A program made the position numbers and the translations under genes. The notes beneath the pieces were generated by a model. It ran no database searches and was not told the DNA's origin. It saw only the letters and a program-made list of their open reading frames with translations. A stretch of DNA of 61,807 nucleotides, filler included, from Choristocarpus tenellus KU-1152 (lineage: Eukaryota > Protista > Phaeophyceae): the NCBI GenBank assembly GCA_964200185.2. It is 8 parts of 8 records of this genome, joined end to end, with 100 filler letters (N's around TTAATTAATTAA, not from the genome) between each part and the next. Parts side by side here need not be neighbours in the genome. Positions count along the whole stretch, not along the records: positions 58,563 to 61,807 come from CAXNAD020021299.1; 7 more parts are not named here. One strand, 5' to 3'. Every line of letters starts with the position of its first letter. Positions within the stretch are counted from its first letter, which is position 1. Of this stretch, positions 59,902 to 61,807 are shown piece by piece.

Positions 59902-61665
59902 TAATATTTAAAAATGTGTTCATTCTTCCCTCTCTTGTTCTTATTTTTCTATAACTGTTCTTTTTTTTTTCTTACGTTATCGTTCCGTCTCTTTTTTCTG
60001 TTGTTGCTGCTGGGTTTTTTTTAATTGTTCTGAGGGGGTCTCGGACTTGTTGGGAGTGGCGGAGTGAGGTTAGGGCACACAGAAGAGTTATTGAAGAAAA
60101 TTGAAAAAAAAGAAAAAATAGACTAGAGAAAAGAAAGTGGTGTGAAGAGGAAGTCCAAAATACAACGAAGAGATCGAGGGATGAATTATTTATAATTGTA
60201 ATAATAGTAGTAATACTGATTTTGTGTGTGTATCCATGGATGTGTCTACAGTGCTGTAACAGGCGTACCTTTTTTAATTAATTTTTTTCTTAAAAAAAAT
60301 ATGTATGTTCTTACTTTTGTAGTCTAAAAAAAAAAGTGCATCGTAAGATTCGAAGATCTACACCTTAAAAAAAAAAAATGTTACCGTTTTGTATTCGGCT
60401 TTTGCGTGCTGCGATGTCACAATCTTTCACTGCGCGTTTTAGCAACAGGAACATATATGCATATATAATATATATATATATATATGTCTTGCTCAATCTC
60501 GAGCACCCTGTGTCAAAACTTTGATAGACGAGAGACAGTGAAGTTTAAAGTGTGTGATTTTTGACTCTTGGGGTCATTGGCAGCGCACGCACGGTTCTTC
60601 TAGAGTAGTTGTGGCGTTTTGCTGAGTCCTCAGGAACCTTAAAAAAAGAAAAAAAAAAAGAAAAAGGGGTTCTCGTTTGAGGAGGAAGTGGTACGCAGGA
60701 GTACCAACCAGTGTGAAGGCGGTGAGGCGTTCGTGTGTGATGGGGCAGTGAGGAAGAAGTTTTTTGTTTTGTTTTGTATTCTGCGGAGTGTGGGAGCATC
60801 TCATCGTGGTGAGCAATACGGGATTATTATTATTATTATTTTTATTTTTATTTTTAATGACTGTTTAGTGGGGGCACTTATGTACTGTTTTTTTGTTGTG
60901 AAATGTATTTTTATTTTGTTTTTCGTTTTTGGTGTTGATATCACCGACAGAGTTTTTTATATTTTGTTAATTAATTTTTTTAATGAAAAGTTGTTTATTT
61001 TTTTTATGTACTGTAGCGAGGGGGTGATGAAAATAGCAAAGAGATGGCTTTATATATCTATCTATCTATATATATATTTCAAATATAACTCTCTCTTATT
61101 ACGTAAAAACAATTCTGAGGAATCCAATGCAAAAATCCGTTTTTGAAATCGGAGGTCATCCCAAAGAGGTACATGCCTAAGGGCACAGACTTACGGGACA
61201 GGGGGAGGGAGTATACACACACACACACACACATATATATATATTTATGTTTTTTCACACCACTATTGTGACTGCTCATGGTACTACTGTAGTAAACACT
61301 ATCTGTTCCATTCTGCAGGTATTTTGGTGTGTCTACTCCTCTGCTTTAAAAAAAAAAATCCGTAGTAAGCATCTGTATAATGTAACTCCACACTGTATAC
61401 TCCTATTTTTTGAAGTGGAAGTGGTCACTCAGGGGTATGTATGTATGTACTGATTGATGTCGGATTGAATACAAAAATTGAATCAAATCGAAATGGTCGC
61501 CTCTCCCCCTCTCCTCTTCCCTGATTGGCTGTCCTGAGCGTTGTCGTTGTTGTGGCTCCTTTTGATTGGGCGAAGGGAGGACGGACAAGGGAGGTTGGAA
61601 TCACATTGGCTTCTTGCAAATGGTGATAATAAGAATCAGGAAGTACACTCTGTACTGTTTGCTTG

Positions 61666-61692
61666 TTAGGGTTAGGGTTAGGGTTAGGGTTT
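61666..61692 (+). repeat. Interstitial telomeric repeat (TTAGGG)4
   Basis: ttagggttagggttagggttagggtt; aaccctaaccc on the opposite strand at ~61789. Confidence 0.85.
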
Positions 61693-61807
61693 GAGGGACC
61701 TGAGAGTTTTTCTTGTACCAAAGATGTAGTAATGCTACCGGCTGAAAGGAAGGGGGGGGGGGGGTAAAAAAAGAGAAACATACCTACAAACCCTAACCCC
61801 AATAGGA

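Noticed and set aside
60688-61146. 152-aa hydrophobic ORF
   Set aside because: Low-complexity T-rich and ATT-repeat sequence.

Overview
Eukaryotic nuclear DNA, not prokaryotic. It is intron-rich with GT/GC-AG introns, and the gene content and TTAGGG repeats suggest a SAR protist, possibly an ochrophyte (inference). The window is 8 contigs joined by seven artificial 100-nt spacers (N44-TTAATTAATTAA-N44), so adjacency across spacers is unproven and most six-frame ORFs are spurious or partial exons. By hand-splicing I recover: (1) a ~37-exon, ~1,900-aa fragment (27565-51226, minus) of a giant Cys-rich GCC2/GCC3-repeat multipass membrane protein; (2) a membrane-anchored RGS-domain gene (~9877-16466, minus); (3) one CDC5/CEF1 exon; (4) three exons of an unidentified acidic/low-complexity protein. 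Non-coding space holds four related MITE families with GAGYCAAA-type ends and often 3-bp TSDs (PIF/Harbinger-Tourist-like), decayed piggyBac-, CRE- and possibly DIRS-like remnants, and minisatellites. Most notable: in-register TTAGGG micro-insertions inside MITE ends, a MITE inserted within a splice donor that leaves it intact, several GC-AG introns, and the CRMP-like giant receptor.
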